DNA of 64,000 nt from Rhina ancylostomus. Taxonomy: Eukaryota. This document shows positions 36,249 to 48,245 of the stretch, one piece after another. The position numbers were made by a program, and so were the translations under genes. The DNA lies in assembly GCA_030265395.1 (NCBI GenBank), contig JARFYF010000054.1, forward strand, positions 11,972,935 to 12,036,934, written 5' to 3'. The stretch's first letter is position 1; the number at the start of each line of letters is the position of its first letter. A model generated the notes under the pieces. The model searched no databases. It saw only the letters and a list, made by a program, of their open reading frames with translations, and was not told the DNA's origin.

Positions 36249-38554
36249 GTATGGAATAACTGGCAACAATTATTAATTAATATTACATTATTAATATTTA
36301 GGGGTTACTAGTTGTTTAGTGAGGACCCATGAGTATTTTGTCCTCCAGGATAGAGAACAGCAATATTTCAGTACCAGAATAGAAAATAATTTTATTAAAA
36401 AAATGTCAGCCTCCTACATTTTATAAATTTTATTAAGTCTCCAGATATACATTTTGAAAATCGTACTGCATATACTCTGTGGTTTGTGGTTGAGGTTGAG
36501 CAGATGACTGGCCTCAGGCTTTTACAAGTGTTACGTTAAGCCAACATTTAATTAAAGTTGACTATTCACTCCTACCTTCACTGCTGCTCTCCACCCACCC
36601 CCATGTAGCAAACAGCCTGACTCCTCTTCAAACCTCTTCCAGCTGCTTGTGAGCTAGAGCCTGCAGCATGTCAAATTTCAGGCAGGATCCAGCAATTTGA
36701 ATTTCATCAAATATTAAATGCTTTTACATTATACATATTTTCCGATTCAACTTTTGACATTCTTCATTAGAAACTTCACAGAAAATAATTGAGCAGATGT
36801 TATGTGAGGCAAAATATTTGTGTATTTTGAAAATCGCAAGGGGCCTTGACTCTGATCAGTGAATGTAGCTAATATTTTAATGTATGTAATTTTAACACTT
36901 TAGTATTCAGATCAGACTGGTGGGAAGCATTTCTCAAACCACACACAGCCTGTGGTGTTAATTTCCTTAGCTATTGCATTTTTCAGTTATCTCCCCTCTT
37001 CCCTAAAGATATTGAATGTTTGTGGAAAATGGTTTCTTAGCCACTGGAAGCCTTTCTTTACCTTGGTTAAATTGCAATTTCTCATGCAGTAGTCTATGTA
37101 TTGATTGCCTATAGGCTGTTTCACTGCAGAGTGCTTCATTGAAATACCTCAGGACAATACTGTCTTTACCCATGTTAGTCTGCATGCGATTTCTACATCT
37201 TCATGGTTAGGGCAGGGCAAAGGCACAAATGGATCAGTAAATTAAAATTGTATGTTGAGGTTTCACAGTCATTTGATGCTGTCCAGTCTGGCTCAGTTGA
37301 TTGCTTCAGACCCTCCATCAAATGTAAGTTCGGGTGGGAGTTGGCAGGGTAGTTCATTGATCGCCACTTGCTGCATATACAGTGAGTCGGTGATACCCCA
37401 TGGGTTCAATAAATAGGCATGCTACCTGTTTCCCATACAAATGTAGTTCAGCATGGCCAGTAAAAGTTTCAGCCAGAAGCCAGAATTCATGGCACGGAAT
37501 GAGAATCCAGACTTATTGTTGAAAGTTGGTGCATGTGTAACCAAAAAGATTTCCTTGGTGGATGGATGATATCTCAAACAACAGAAGTTCAAGCTCAATC
37601 ATGATCTTTTCACACTCTGAGTAACCTGAGTCATTGAATAACAATATCTAGAAACATTTCCTCTCTCGAGTTTCCATGCCATCAAATGTGGGACCTTGTG
37701 GTCCATATGACTTGTATGTGCAGTTGGCATATGAGAGAGGTTCCTGTTAGGAATTTGTTTTTTAGTTTTCTATACTTGTAGAAATCCAGAAAGCAATAAA
37801 TTAAGTAAATACTCCCATTTGATAGCATTGTGTGCATGTATTGTGACGTGAATGTTGGTTGCATAGATGTCACAGTATTTAGTATCCATAACAATTGTAC
37901 TGTTTTTCTAGCTTAAGTTCAGTTAACTGAAATTATTGTACCATATGTAAAAGAAATTATTCTAGAATATGCTTAGTTTAGAGTGGTTGAGAAAATATCA
38001 AGAATGTTGTGCTATTAAAAACATACTGTTCAGAGAAGTAATTAGTTCACTTTCAAATCATCTATTAATGATAACCAGCACAGGATTGTTTACCAAACAT
38101 TTATAATGGGCCAAAGTCTAGTGTGATGTGTTTATACATTTTAATATTTGGTATATTGATTTTTTTTGCATTTTACATGGTTACTTTGGGGGAATAACTA
38201 AATCACATAAGGTTTCTTGATATTTTAAGATGGGGATAATGGGATGAAACAATTCATAATGAATGCACTTGCTCGCACATTGTAACTATAACATACAGGC
38301 TTTGCACAGGTGTAGAATTAGAAATGGCCACTGGACCCATAAACCAACATTTTCTAACACTTGGTAACCCCACTCTTTCTGATGCTTTTATTGTCTTCTA
38401 AAGTAAACACAGATACAGACTACTTGTGTGATGACTCCATTATTTATTTCTTTATTCCCATTATAATTTTTTTTGCCTCTTCCTATAAGGTGCACTCGTT
38501 TATATCTGCTACTCCTATTTCACTTATTTGTCGAAGCTTTAACATTTTTAAAGC

Positions 38555-39000
38555 TGCCTGGATTTGAGTGTATGGAATATGAGGAGAGGCTTAAGGTGCT
38601 AGGGCTTTTCTCACTGGAGANNNNNNNNNNNNNNNNNNNNNNNNNNNNNNNNNNNNNNNNNNNNNNNNNNNNNNNNNNNNNNNNNNNNNNNNNNNNNNNN
38701 NNNNNNNNNNNAAAGAGAGGGTAGATGTAGACAGCTGCCTATTGCAGTGATCTTCTGTGCTGGTGAAACAAGGAAATGTGATCTGTGAAATGCATCTGGT
38801 GACAACAGGTTGAATGATTTAAGTTGCTCTGTGGACATTTATTCTTGTATAATCAAGATAAGTAGATATATTTTTGTACAGAAAGGCAATTGAAGAATAT
38901 GGGTTTAAATGGAAAAGTGATTTGAGGCTGTGATTTTATTGAACGTGGAGAAGGCTCAAGGGCCAAAAGAGCCTGGTCCTTCTGTTTTTTATGTTCTTAT
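38555..39000 (+). mobile_element. CR1 LINE 3' fragment
   Basis: LPGFECMEYEERLKVLGLFSLE followed by a decayed CR1 tail. Confidence 0.8.
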
Positions 39001-39639
39001 TCCAAATCAATGCTTTCTTGTATTTTAAAGACAAATAGTTTTCCCCTTTAGTTTAGTTTTATTGTAGAAAAATAATTAATTAAAAATGAATTAATTTCTG
39101 GAATAAATATTGTCATTCTGCTAACATTATTATGAAGATAGTTACACATAATGCTGCGCAAAATAGAATTAAATTTTAATCCAATGCCCTTGATTTGCAT
39201 ATTTATCCTCTGTTAACTTGGTTGATAGCACCACCATTTTCTATTTTGCTGATGGCCATTTGTTTATTCTATACATGCTTCCAGTTCCATAGTCTATTAC
39301 TTTAAAATTTTCTGTTGAAATTCATCTGCCATTCTTTAGCCTATCCACTCAGTAATAATGTACTCAGTAATGCACTCAATAATGTACTCAGTTTTTAACA
39401 ATAAAAATTTGTTTACTTGACAAAGCTGCATGGGATTTTGGTGCATTCATAGGAATGCAGCAAATAAAAACTGACTACATTATTCATTAAAATTATGGAG
39501 TAAACAACAATGACCCTCAAATAAACCTTACAAAATTCTAGTCATTAACAAAAAATTGACTTTTTTTTATTCCAGTTATCCTTTATGTGGTTTTCTCCTG
39601 TTCAGGTCAATTATGAAATTAATTACTTTTGCTGTTCTC

Positions 39640-39708
39640 TGACCTATCTATAGGACCCTATCTAACTTTAAGACCCTATCTAACTTTACTGACCCTATCT
39701 ATCTTAAC
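39640..39708. repeat. Short tandem repeat of ~18-bp gaccctatctaacttta units
   Basis: About 4 visible copies; a similar small array (actcagtaatg) lies at ~39347-39392. Confidence 0.75.
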
Positions 39709-40859
39709 CAGCCTTCACATCAGAACTGTCCAATGCCATTATAAGCTTTTATGTGCAGATTAGTGAGGCATATCTAGGGCAAGTGATTTGTCACAGTATG
39801 TCTTGCCACTTCGAGTCCTCTGATTTTTACCTCATAGCACAACTTTTTCGTCAGTTTTTCCTGTCACAGGTGCTTCCAGTTTAATTAGCAGGATTATTCA
39901 ATATGTTCCGCCTCTCTGTCTCCCTAAGAATAACAGAGTTTTCTTCCTGGTTACTGTAATAGCTGTCAGAAACTGCTTGTCCTATAGGCACCAAGGTTGC
40001 ATTAATATCAGTGCTGAGTGTAAAATTAATTGTTACATTAGCCGGCTTATCATGTGGAAATTTTCTCCAATCGTTTGAGCATCCAAACACTCTTCTGAGC
40101 TGCTAAGAAATTCCTGAAGTTTTTCAACATCTAAGCTGCCACACAGTACAAATGCAAAAACCTAATACAGCTGCAGAGAGAGAGGGAGAGAGACCACACT
40201 TGTCTATTAGTTATTATTGGCCTTGTACCTGTAACCCCTAAATGATGCAATCCAAAGAAGCCCACAGATACTTTTTTCAGATTTTAACCTTGTAGAGTGC
40301 TTTCCAAGTCCAAGACTAATTGTTGCAGTGATTAAGTCAACATTTGTTGTTTGATGGCTGAGAGGTGTAGATTGCTGTTTCTTTAAATCAGACTACTGAT
40401 TGATAATAAACAGCTGGTGAATGTGCAAAATAAAAGAGCTAACTCTCCTTTATAATAAACTGCTCCAGGTGATTTTCTGCAGTTTTGGCAATTAGAAAAT
40501 GGCATCTCATATTTCTACGCCCGTATTAACCAATTATACTGGTTACCTCATTTACCACGCCGAATGTGTTCCCAGGAATGTGAGCGATAGTTCATTCGTC
40601 ACTAGAAGTCCTTAGAACGTCATATAAATGGGTTACTGGCAATGCTGCTGTACTGGTACTAACCCATGACCTCCCACATGCTATGATGTGAGCCCCTGCT
40701 CTGTGCTGACATTTCCCCAGCAGTGAAATGCTGATCTCAGCAGCCTGACGCCTGGTATGGAATGAACCCCCAAGACGATGTGCAGAGGCTGCCTTGCACG
40801 ATGAGCGCAGGCATTGCTGAACGCTGGCAGCTTCATTACTTAACCCAATCACAGAAATT

Positions 40860-41045
40860 GCTTTTGTTCCATCCATTGGCCTCTTCCGTCTTTTCTGCTC
40901 TATGGACCAATGTTCTCTGTCCCCCTCCCTTCTCACTGTCAGCTGATGAAGGATCTTTGACCTGAAGTGATAACTGTTTCACTTTCCACAGATGCTTCCT
41001 GATTTGTTCACTTTTTCCAGCAATTTCTGTTATTATTTCAGATCA
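40860..41045 (+). mobile_element. Penelope pseudo-LTR-derived repeat
   Basis: CTGATGA-aggatctttgacct-GAAG at 40943-40966, then aactgtttc..ccacagatgct..ccagcaatttctgtt. Confidence 0.7.
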
Positions 41046-42054
41046 CCATTGTTTTCCCACCATCGCGAATACTCTGTTTTACCTCAATTTTCCAAGTTGT
41101 ATTCTGTGTAATTTGATGAATTTTTCATTTAATTATGAGTCTTGAGGTGAATTTTTAGTAGATTTTGAGAATCATGAACAAGGGGATTTAGCTGCAAAGT
41201 AAGGGGCTGTTCATTTAAAAATGATGTATGTAGAAATTTCTTCTCTGAAGGTAGTGAATCTCTGGAATCCTCTGCCCCCAAGGATGACGAAGGCTAGATC
41301 ATCCTCGATGATGGAGGCAGAGATATAAAAAACAACTTGAAAGTTTATTCTCATCTCCACTTTATTTAATGCACAATGTATTTGACTTACATAGCAATAA
41401 AGGTAATCAATATTTGTTTAACATGGTTGTTCAACTTTACTATTCTGAATATTCCTCAAACCTTTCCTTCCCTCTGTCATCATTGAATGATTTTAAAAAA
41501 TGCCTAATTACTCCAGCTTGTGGAGACAAATAACAGCTATTTGATGTCAGGCAAGTTTCTGGGTTGCTAAGAATTGCTGAATCTAGAAAAAGCACATAGT
41601 AAATGTGTTGGCTGGTTACTGCAATATCCTTCCTTAACATTCAGCAAGTGGTCTGCTGATTGATGTCCTTATAAACCAGTCCCTAAGTCCCTGGTTTCCT
41701 TCTGATGGGTCAATTTTTCCAGGGCTATTATGCCCACATATAGAGAGGAATCTGAAAATACAGTATTATTTCCCAAAGTAGCATTTGTTATAAATATTAA
41801 TTGGAGCCTTGCTATTTCCTTACTCTTTTGAAATAAAGATTATAATTTCCTGGTGATCCCATTGTCTTGGTTCCCAAAGATTTTTTTAACACAAGCTAGA
41901 TCAGAAGAAAGGAAATTAACTACTTCAACCATAGTAAAAATTAGCATTATGTTCACAAAAATTAATTGTTAACAATGCTTAATTTCTAATTATCAATCCA
42001 TCTAGCTGTCCTAGATTTTATACATTAAGTGAAAACTGCACTCTCTTTTCACAG

Positions 42055-42203
42055 GGGTAATAGAAGTGTATAGAGTAACTAAACGTGTTGAGCTTGGAAT
42101 CAAAGCTACAGCAGTGTGCAATGAGAAACTTCAGTTACTGATGAAGGAAATAGAGAGGATTTGGAGTAGTCTTATGATATTCATGTCTCTCACTCCCCTC
42201 ACG
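42055..42203 (+). CDS. SYNRG: Synergin gamma exon H (149 nt): GVIEVYRVTKRVELGIKATAVCNEKLQLLMKEIERIWSSLMIFMSLTPLT
   Basis: ctctcttttcacAG acceptor, acg|GTaaga donor, phase 1-0. Confidence 0.97.
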
Positions 42204-44747
42204 GTAAGACTGCCACTGCATTTGAATTGAATTTTCCTTCCAGTCTACGTTATTTTTGAAATGCCATTATATGCTGCAGTAGAGTTTTAATATTCCAATT
42301 AAAAGTGTCTCTGGTAATAAGTGGGCATTATTTTGTATGTTCTACAGCATGGTTTTCAAGGCACAATGCTCTGTCCCAGTGCAGAGTTATGGATAAGCCA
42401 GCATGCCTTTTCCAACCTGAGAGACACAGCTTTGGCCTTAGCAGATTTAGTAATGTTGGGTGTATTTTAAATGGCTGATTATATAATATATGTAAGTTGT
42501 ATGCATAATCTATCTAGAACAAGAGGTTTTGCTTTTGAAGAGTGGACCTTCTAGCAAAAGTTGTCTTGTTTGACTCAGTGATGTCTTTCAAGTTATTCCT
42601 CAAGAATTTGTGTGTTAAGACTTCACAGTTTTCAGTATTGTAATGCAAGTTAGCTCTAGGTAAAATGAAGAGCAGTGGAACATCCTAAGCCCATGAGTGT
42701 ATTAGCTGCACCTTAAACAGGAATTTGTCCCTTGGAGTTCAGCTGAGTTAATTGTTGAATTAAGCAAGTCAGCAGTATGTAGATGACTTTTGCTGATGTC
42801 AGATGGGGAGATCATTTATCAACCCTACTTGGTTTGGAGATGTACATTGTAATAAAATTCTTATACAGTCTAGAACTTTTGTCGTTATTTGATATTCATA
42901 TTCTCCATATACATCGAATAGGCTACAGCTTTCTATTTTTTTATTTTAGTATTTTAAGCTTAGATTCAACTTAATTGTTGAGGTCAGAAGCTGATATAAT
43001 TTTTTCCCCATGAAGTGAAGTCAACAGCTTTGAGCAATCTTGAGTGATTTTAAAACAGTATTTGTTGAATGTGCATTGAAGCAGAAAATTAAAATATATT
43101 AAATTCATTGAGTTTCTTTTCTGTACTTGCATTCCTTTGGAATAATGCAGAAGGTAAGGAATGTATTTCATTTTCTTCACAAAAATATAATTTTGTGTCA
43201 GGATTAAATTGGTAACAGTGTGTAATATTTAAGAAAAATGATTCCTAGTGATAATGGCATTTTTAGTACCACCTCCTTGAGGAACTTATTTGGTGAAATG
43301 TTATTATCTGAATACAACAAAAGAGGGTAGACAAATGCAAATCTTACAACATTTCAGTAATGTGCTATAAATACTTTACACATCTCCATCAGGTATCCTG
43401 AGAATTTTTTTTACAATGATACAAGCCAGTTCTTTATATATGACAGTAATTTATCTGGTATTTCAATAAAACTTTTTTTCTGTTGTTTCCATCATACAAA
43501 TAAAATTTATCATTATTATCCACACATTGTGTGCAATTCCAAACATATCAAATTTTGTGGAGCAAGTTTGATTTGGTACTTAAAACAGTACACTGCAGAT
43601 ATTAAAAATCTGAAATAGATGCTGGAGAACTTTGCAACATTTTTTTAAAAATTTTTTTATTGCTGTATAATTATATGCATCATAAATATACATGTTCATG
43701 ATACGTACGATGAAGTTTAAAAAAAAGCTGCACTGGCAAAAGAAATTACATTTTCCTTGAACTATAATGCATTTTCAGATCCTATTGTCTTCCAGTGCAC
43801 ACTGATTTTTGATTTTATAACCTGAATCTTTTTCTTGGATGACTTTAAAGGTCAGTGGACCAGTTTCTTTAGTAATATTATTTATGTTCCATTCTTTTTG
43901 TGGTTGCTGCTGTAAGGTCCAATCATTAAGCAGGCTTGGAGAACATAAATGGTGAAAATAATTGTTACAATCTTATGTCATTCTTCTTTCATACCTCACA
44001 AGAATCATAACTCGGAAGGAATCTAAACTGATTCCCAGTATAACCAAATTGAGGTGCTTTGACAAAAGCTGTGATTGTCTTATCTTCTCTGAAACAGCCA
44101 TAAAGTTGCAGGGAACCATGAATGATTGCATGAGAGGGAGAGAGGTATTTTTCACTGCTTTTTTTTTAATCAGTTTTTAAATTTCAGCTTTGTCGTAACT
44201 TCCCAGTACTCCTAAAGAAAGGAATCATGGGAAATCTTGCTAACATGTGTTATTTAATTTTATCTTCTCTCTTTCTCTACACACATAACATTGATATGTA
44301 CACACACACATGCATATTTCATAGATTTTTGTGTCAATATTCCAACTGCTAATGCAATTGCACTTCGAGGTATTGTTGTCAGCAATCCAATCTGGCTAGG
44401 CAGTTTGGCAGTCTTTGACTAAAATGGTAATTTGTAGACCATTTTGACCTTTCTTTTAATACTTTGTGAGGCTGTGACAACACAGTGTTGAATGACACAA
44501 TCAATTACTTGATATAAACATGTTACACCAAAACTGGTTGTCTCTGTACTTGCTGAAAGTGCCTTCTTCAATTTATCTAAGAGTATAGTCTAAAAATATT
44601 GATAACGTTTTGAATAACAGGAAAGGGACATGGGAATGCACCCAGTAACACATTATTTTACATTATGACTGTGATGGAAAATCTAAACATTGAATACACA
44701 CTATCTGAATCTTAATTGTAAATTTAATCCATTTACATTCATTGCAG

Positions 44748-44858
44748 CCAGATGAAAACTCTCTGGATTTCTCTTCCTGCATCCTGCGTCCTGGAATAAA
44801 AAATGCAAAAGAGCTAGCCTGCGGAGTTTGTCTGCTAAACGTTGACTCCAGAAGCAAG
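44748..44858 (+). CDS. SYNRG: Synergin gamma exon I (111 nt): PDENSLDFSSCILRPGIKNAKELACGVCLLNVDSRSK
   Basis: attgcAG acceptor, aag|GTaaac donor, phase 0-0. Confidence 0.97.
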
Positions 44859-45429
44859 GTAAACACAAGCTTAAGAAAGCTTTCTCACAATGTAGTAATT
44901 ATTTACTTAATGAACTAACATTGTGATTAGTAACTTGCATGAAGCAGACTAGCCCAGTAAACATCTGTCAGTGGCTATTGATGTGTATCTTTTCCTTCAT
45001 TAATAAATTAAAAACTGCAAATGAAAAAAACAGCAAAGTATTTCATGATTTCACTGGTTGTCAGGCTTTGGTTACACAGCGTTATTGAATTGCAACATGT
45101 ACTGCTCGCATCAGAGTGTCATTTGGCCCAGAGTAATGCCTTGTCCATCTCATCTAGGTGGTCAGGTATAGAGGGAACTAAATCAAATTCCTTGAAGTTT
45201 TAGAAGTTGCTGGACTTAGCTATGAAATGGCACCTACAGGCATATGAAATTTCTTGCCTCAATGCCACTCCATTGAGTCCTTTCAACCAGGGTTAACTCG
45301 GTGTAATGTGCAAAGAACTAAAAGTAAGCAGGCAATGGAAAAAAGCTCTTAGCTGACCTTTTGAAGATGAAATCATTCCACTTATGTGGTACTAACCTGT
45401 ATATTGACTTCACATCTCACTTATTCCAG

Positions 45430-45462
45430 AAGGAAGAAAACTTGGAGGATCATCCGAAACAA
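45430..45462 (+). CDS. SYNRG: Synergin gamma cassette microexon J (33 nt): KEENLEDHPKQ
   Basis: TACTAAC branch point at 45390-96, ttattccAG acceptor, caa|GTatga donor, phase 0-0; positionally and sequence-wise equivalent to mammalian KEEKPAEEHPKK. Confidence 0.9.
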
Positions 45463-46184
45463 GTATGACCTTCTAAAAGCTATATCCATAATCTGCCAAG
45501 TTGCTATGGAATTGGGCTAAATTAATATTAACTGTAGAATTGGCAACAGGAATAATTTTGATATCGGTCCTTTCTTGCACTATAATTTTGGGCTCTTGTG
45601 TTTATTTGGAATTGTTTAAAATCTGTTGTCTCCTTCCTTGCTGATGGGTGTCTTTTCCTGATGGTGTTACAGTGGTAATTTTTGGATTGCATGGGGAAAT
45701 TGGTGGTGCATGGATCAGTACTGAGTGGTTTTAACATGCATGTTGATGAAAGATGATGCATTTTACTAATAACAATGAAATTCCTTGCATTTAACAAATA
45801 CTGTATATTTTAATAAGAGAATATATGATTAAATGCAGTAAGGTATTTCTTCAAATGCTTGCCTTGCACCAAAATGTACAGGTTCTTCTTGGTATAAACA
45901 GGTCTGTCTCACTCACGATAAACCTGTTTTATATAATAGACAAATTAGAGGACTGATTAACCTTTCACAATGCAATTGCACAATCATACCTCCAATCATC
46001 TTGGAACTTTACAGTTTTAGTGATTATGCCTCAAAAAACTGTTGATGAGGATGATTCAAGATTAGGAGTTTATTCATCAGTCTGTGATGTGTTTGTTGAT
46101 CTTGACAAGGGCACTAGTGGAGCTGTCAATAGCTAGGAGCATTCAAACTGAACTAGGAATTCAGCAATGATTACTGTTGGGTCA

Positions 46185-46560
46185 GAACTAGGGGCAGAAG
46201 TAGCCATTTGATCCCTTGTGAATATACAGCCATTCAACAAAATCAAGGCTGATATGATCTTTGGCCTCAACTCTGTTTTCCTGCCTGACCCCCATAACCC
46301 TTGATGCTCTGGTAGTCCAGAAATCTATCTCACTCTTAAATGTACGTCAAGACTCAGTATCCACGGTTCTCTTATCTCAGAGAATTCCTAAGATTCATAA
46401 ATCTCTGAGAGAAGACCCTTCTCATCATTTTGGACTAACATAAATAATATTTTATCTTGAGGCTATAAGCTGCTGACTTTCCTTCCAGGAAAAATATCCT
46501 CACTATGTCAGATGCCCTCAGAATCTCATGTTTCACTGAAACCACCTCCTTACTCTAAAT
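46185..46560 (-). mobile_element. Old CR1 3' fragment
   Basis: agaactaggggcagaagtagccatt..gccattcaacaaaatcaaggctgat..ccccataacccttgat..aaatctatct, a reversed CR1 tail. Confidence 0.7.
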
Positions 46561-46689
46561 TAAGTTACCAAAGGCCAAAAAGTATTAGCAATTGGAACAG
46601 AATCAAACCTTAACAGTGATTCCCACAACATTAAAAAGAGTGCCCAATTCTTACACATCGAGAAAGACTCTTTAGCTGAAGCATTCAAG

Positions 46690-46990
46690 CTACCATCATA
46701 GGACAAGAATAGAAACAATAAATGAGCAAAATAATAGTACCACACCACCAAATTGTTCTTAGAATATCCCACAGCTATTTACAACCAATGACGTGTAGTT
46801 ACCGTTGCACTGTAGAGGACACAGCTCCCATGAACAATGATATTTTAATGACCAGATTATTTGTTTTAGTGATATTTGAGGAGGGATAAACTTTGTTCAG
46901 GACATTTGAGATAACCCCCCTCTTCAAAGTAACCGACAGGGTAGAGGGGTATTCAGTTTAACCCCTCACCTAAAAGAGAGTATCTTTAAC
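46690..46990 (-). mobile_element. Deu-domain SINE
   Basis: Reverse-complement similarity to 31790-32170 (aatgaccagattatttgttttagtgat..gagggataaact..caggaca). Confidence 0.6.
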
Positions 46991-47944
46991 CAGAAGATTA
47001 TAAATGATGGTGGCTTGAATCTGTCAGTATTTTACCTTACTGTCAATTTATTCCACATGTATTCAAGCTACCTTTTGTTCAGTTGTAAATATAAAATAAT
47101 TCACAATGCCAGTACTAAATGTGTGACTATAATTACATTATTAATCCCTTGCTAGTCTGTTCACAATATATTCTCTTGGATCATTTTTTTAATTATCTTT
47201 AGAGATTCTAGCCAGATGATCTCTCTTTGGAAACCCCAAAAGTAATTCACTGGTTTGAAGGGTAAAGACCCATAAATATCATGAAAAACTAACCAGAACA
47301 ACTCAAATATTGACATGTCTATTATTCAAAAAAAAGTCAGTCACTTGCATATCTGAACACATCATACATTATGTTTATTTTTAAAAGTTGTTCTTGGGCA
47401 AACTTCCCCTCAGGAGTAACTGCAACATTATTCCAAGTGGCACATGATTACTGAGTGCAACTGATTTTTAATCCTCCATATTACTATGACACAATTGAAA
47501 ACGACAGCAAGTTAAGCCATAAACAAAGTGCTTCACTTTTGTTGCAGTTTGGTCCATGGAATTGTTCTGGTTCATTTTGGAAGTGTAGAAGGGCTTTGAT
47601 AGTTTTGCTGTTGAAAGGCAAGGAACATGATGTGCTATCAGTATAAATGTAAAGTCCTCTGTTGGAGGTAATTCTGTATTAGAATTGTTTATACAAGAAA
47701 TCACCCACAATTACATGAGCATTTCAAATATCAACTGACTTAGTTAGTTGGTTTAATGGTTGCTGTGGTAGCCAGCTGCTTTACTTAGAGACCTCTAGAC
47801 TCATCTATGAAAGCAAGCGGACTGTATTTGTTACAGTGCCAACAGCAGACCAACTGTTGTGTTAATGATACAGATTGACCAAGGTTATCAAATTATTCCT
47901 GTTAACATCAATAGTTCAGTCCTGCTGATTCAGAGGGAAAAGTG

Positions 47945-48245
47945 TCAAAATCTGGACCATGCGGACTAGGATGGTCCAAGATTCAAAGTCCGATATGTGG
48001 ATTGTGCAAGGTACTGCACTTTTAACTCAGGAGTGGTGCAGCAAAGGACTTTTGCTTCTGATCACATTGGGAAATCCCAGCTGGAAGATCTCATGGCCAG
48101 ATGTCATATGAGAACATGATCGGGCTTTCTTGTGATGACTTTCTCAGTTATGTAGAATCACTTTGGAAGTACATAGCGGGCAACAGCTGTTGATAGAACT
48201 GTACTTTAATGAGGGAGTCTATACCATAGAATGGAAAGGGCAAGT
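47945..48245 (+). mobile_element. Ancient SINE-like repeat (related fragments at ~6470-6660 and ~26010-26130)
   Basis: Shared ctgatc..cagtgatccc(a/t)gctgga..gagaacatgatcgggct..tgtgatg motifs; family name uncertain. Confidence 0.4.

Noticed and set aside
40680-40750. Possible C/D box snoRNA (atgatgt...ctga)
   Set aside because: Imperfect C box, short spacing, no terminal stem or recognisable rRNA guide.
44748-44752. Alternative acceptor CAGCCAG at exon I
   Set aside because: The 4-nt shift would frameshift the conserved C-terminus; no support.
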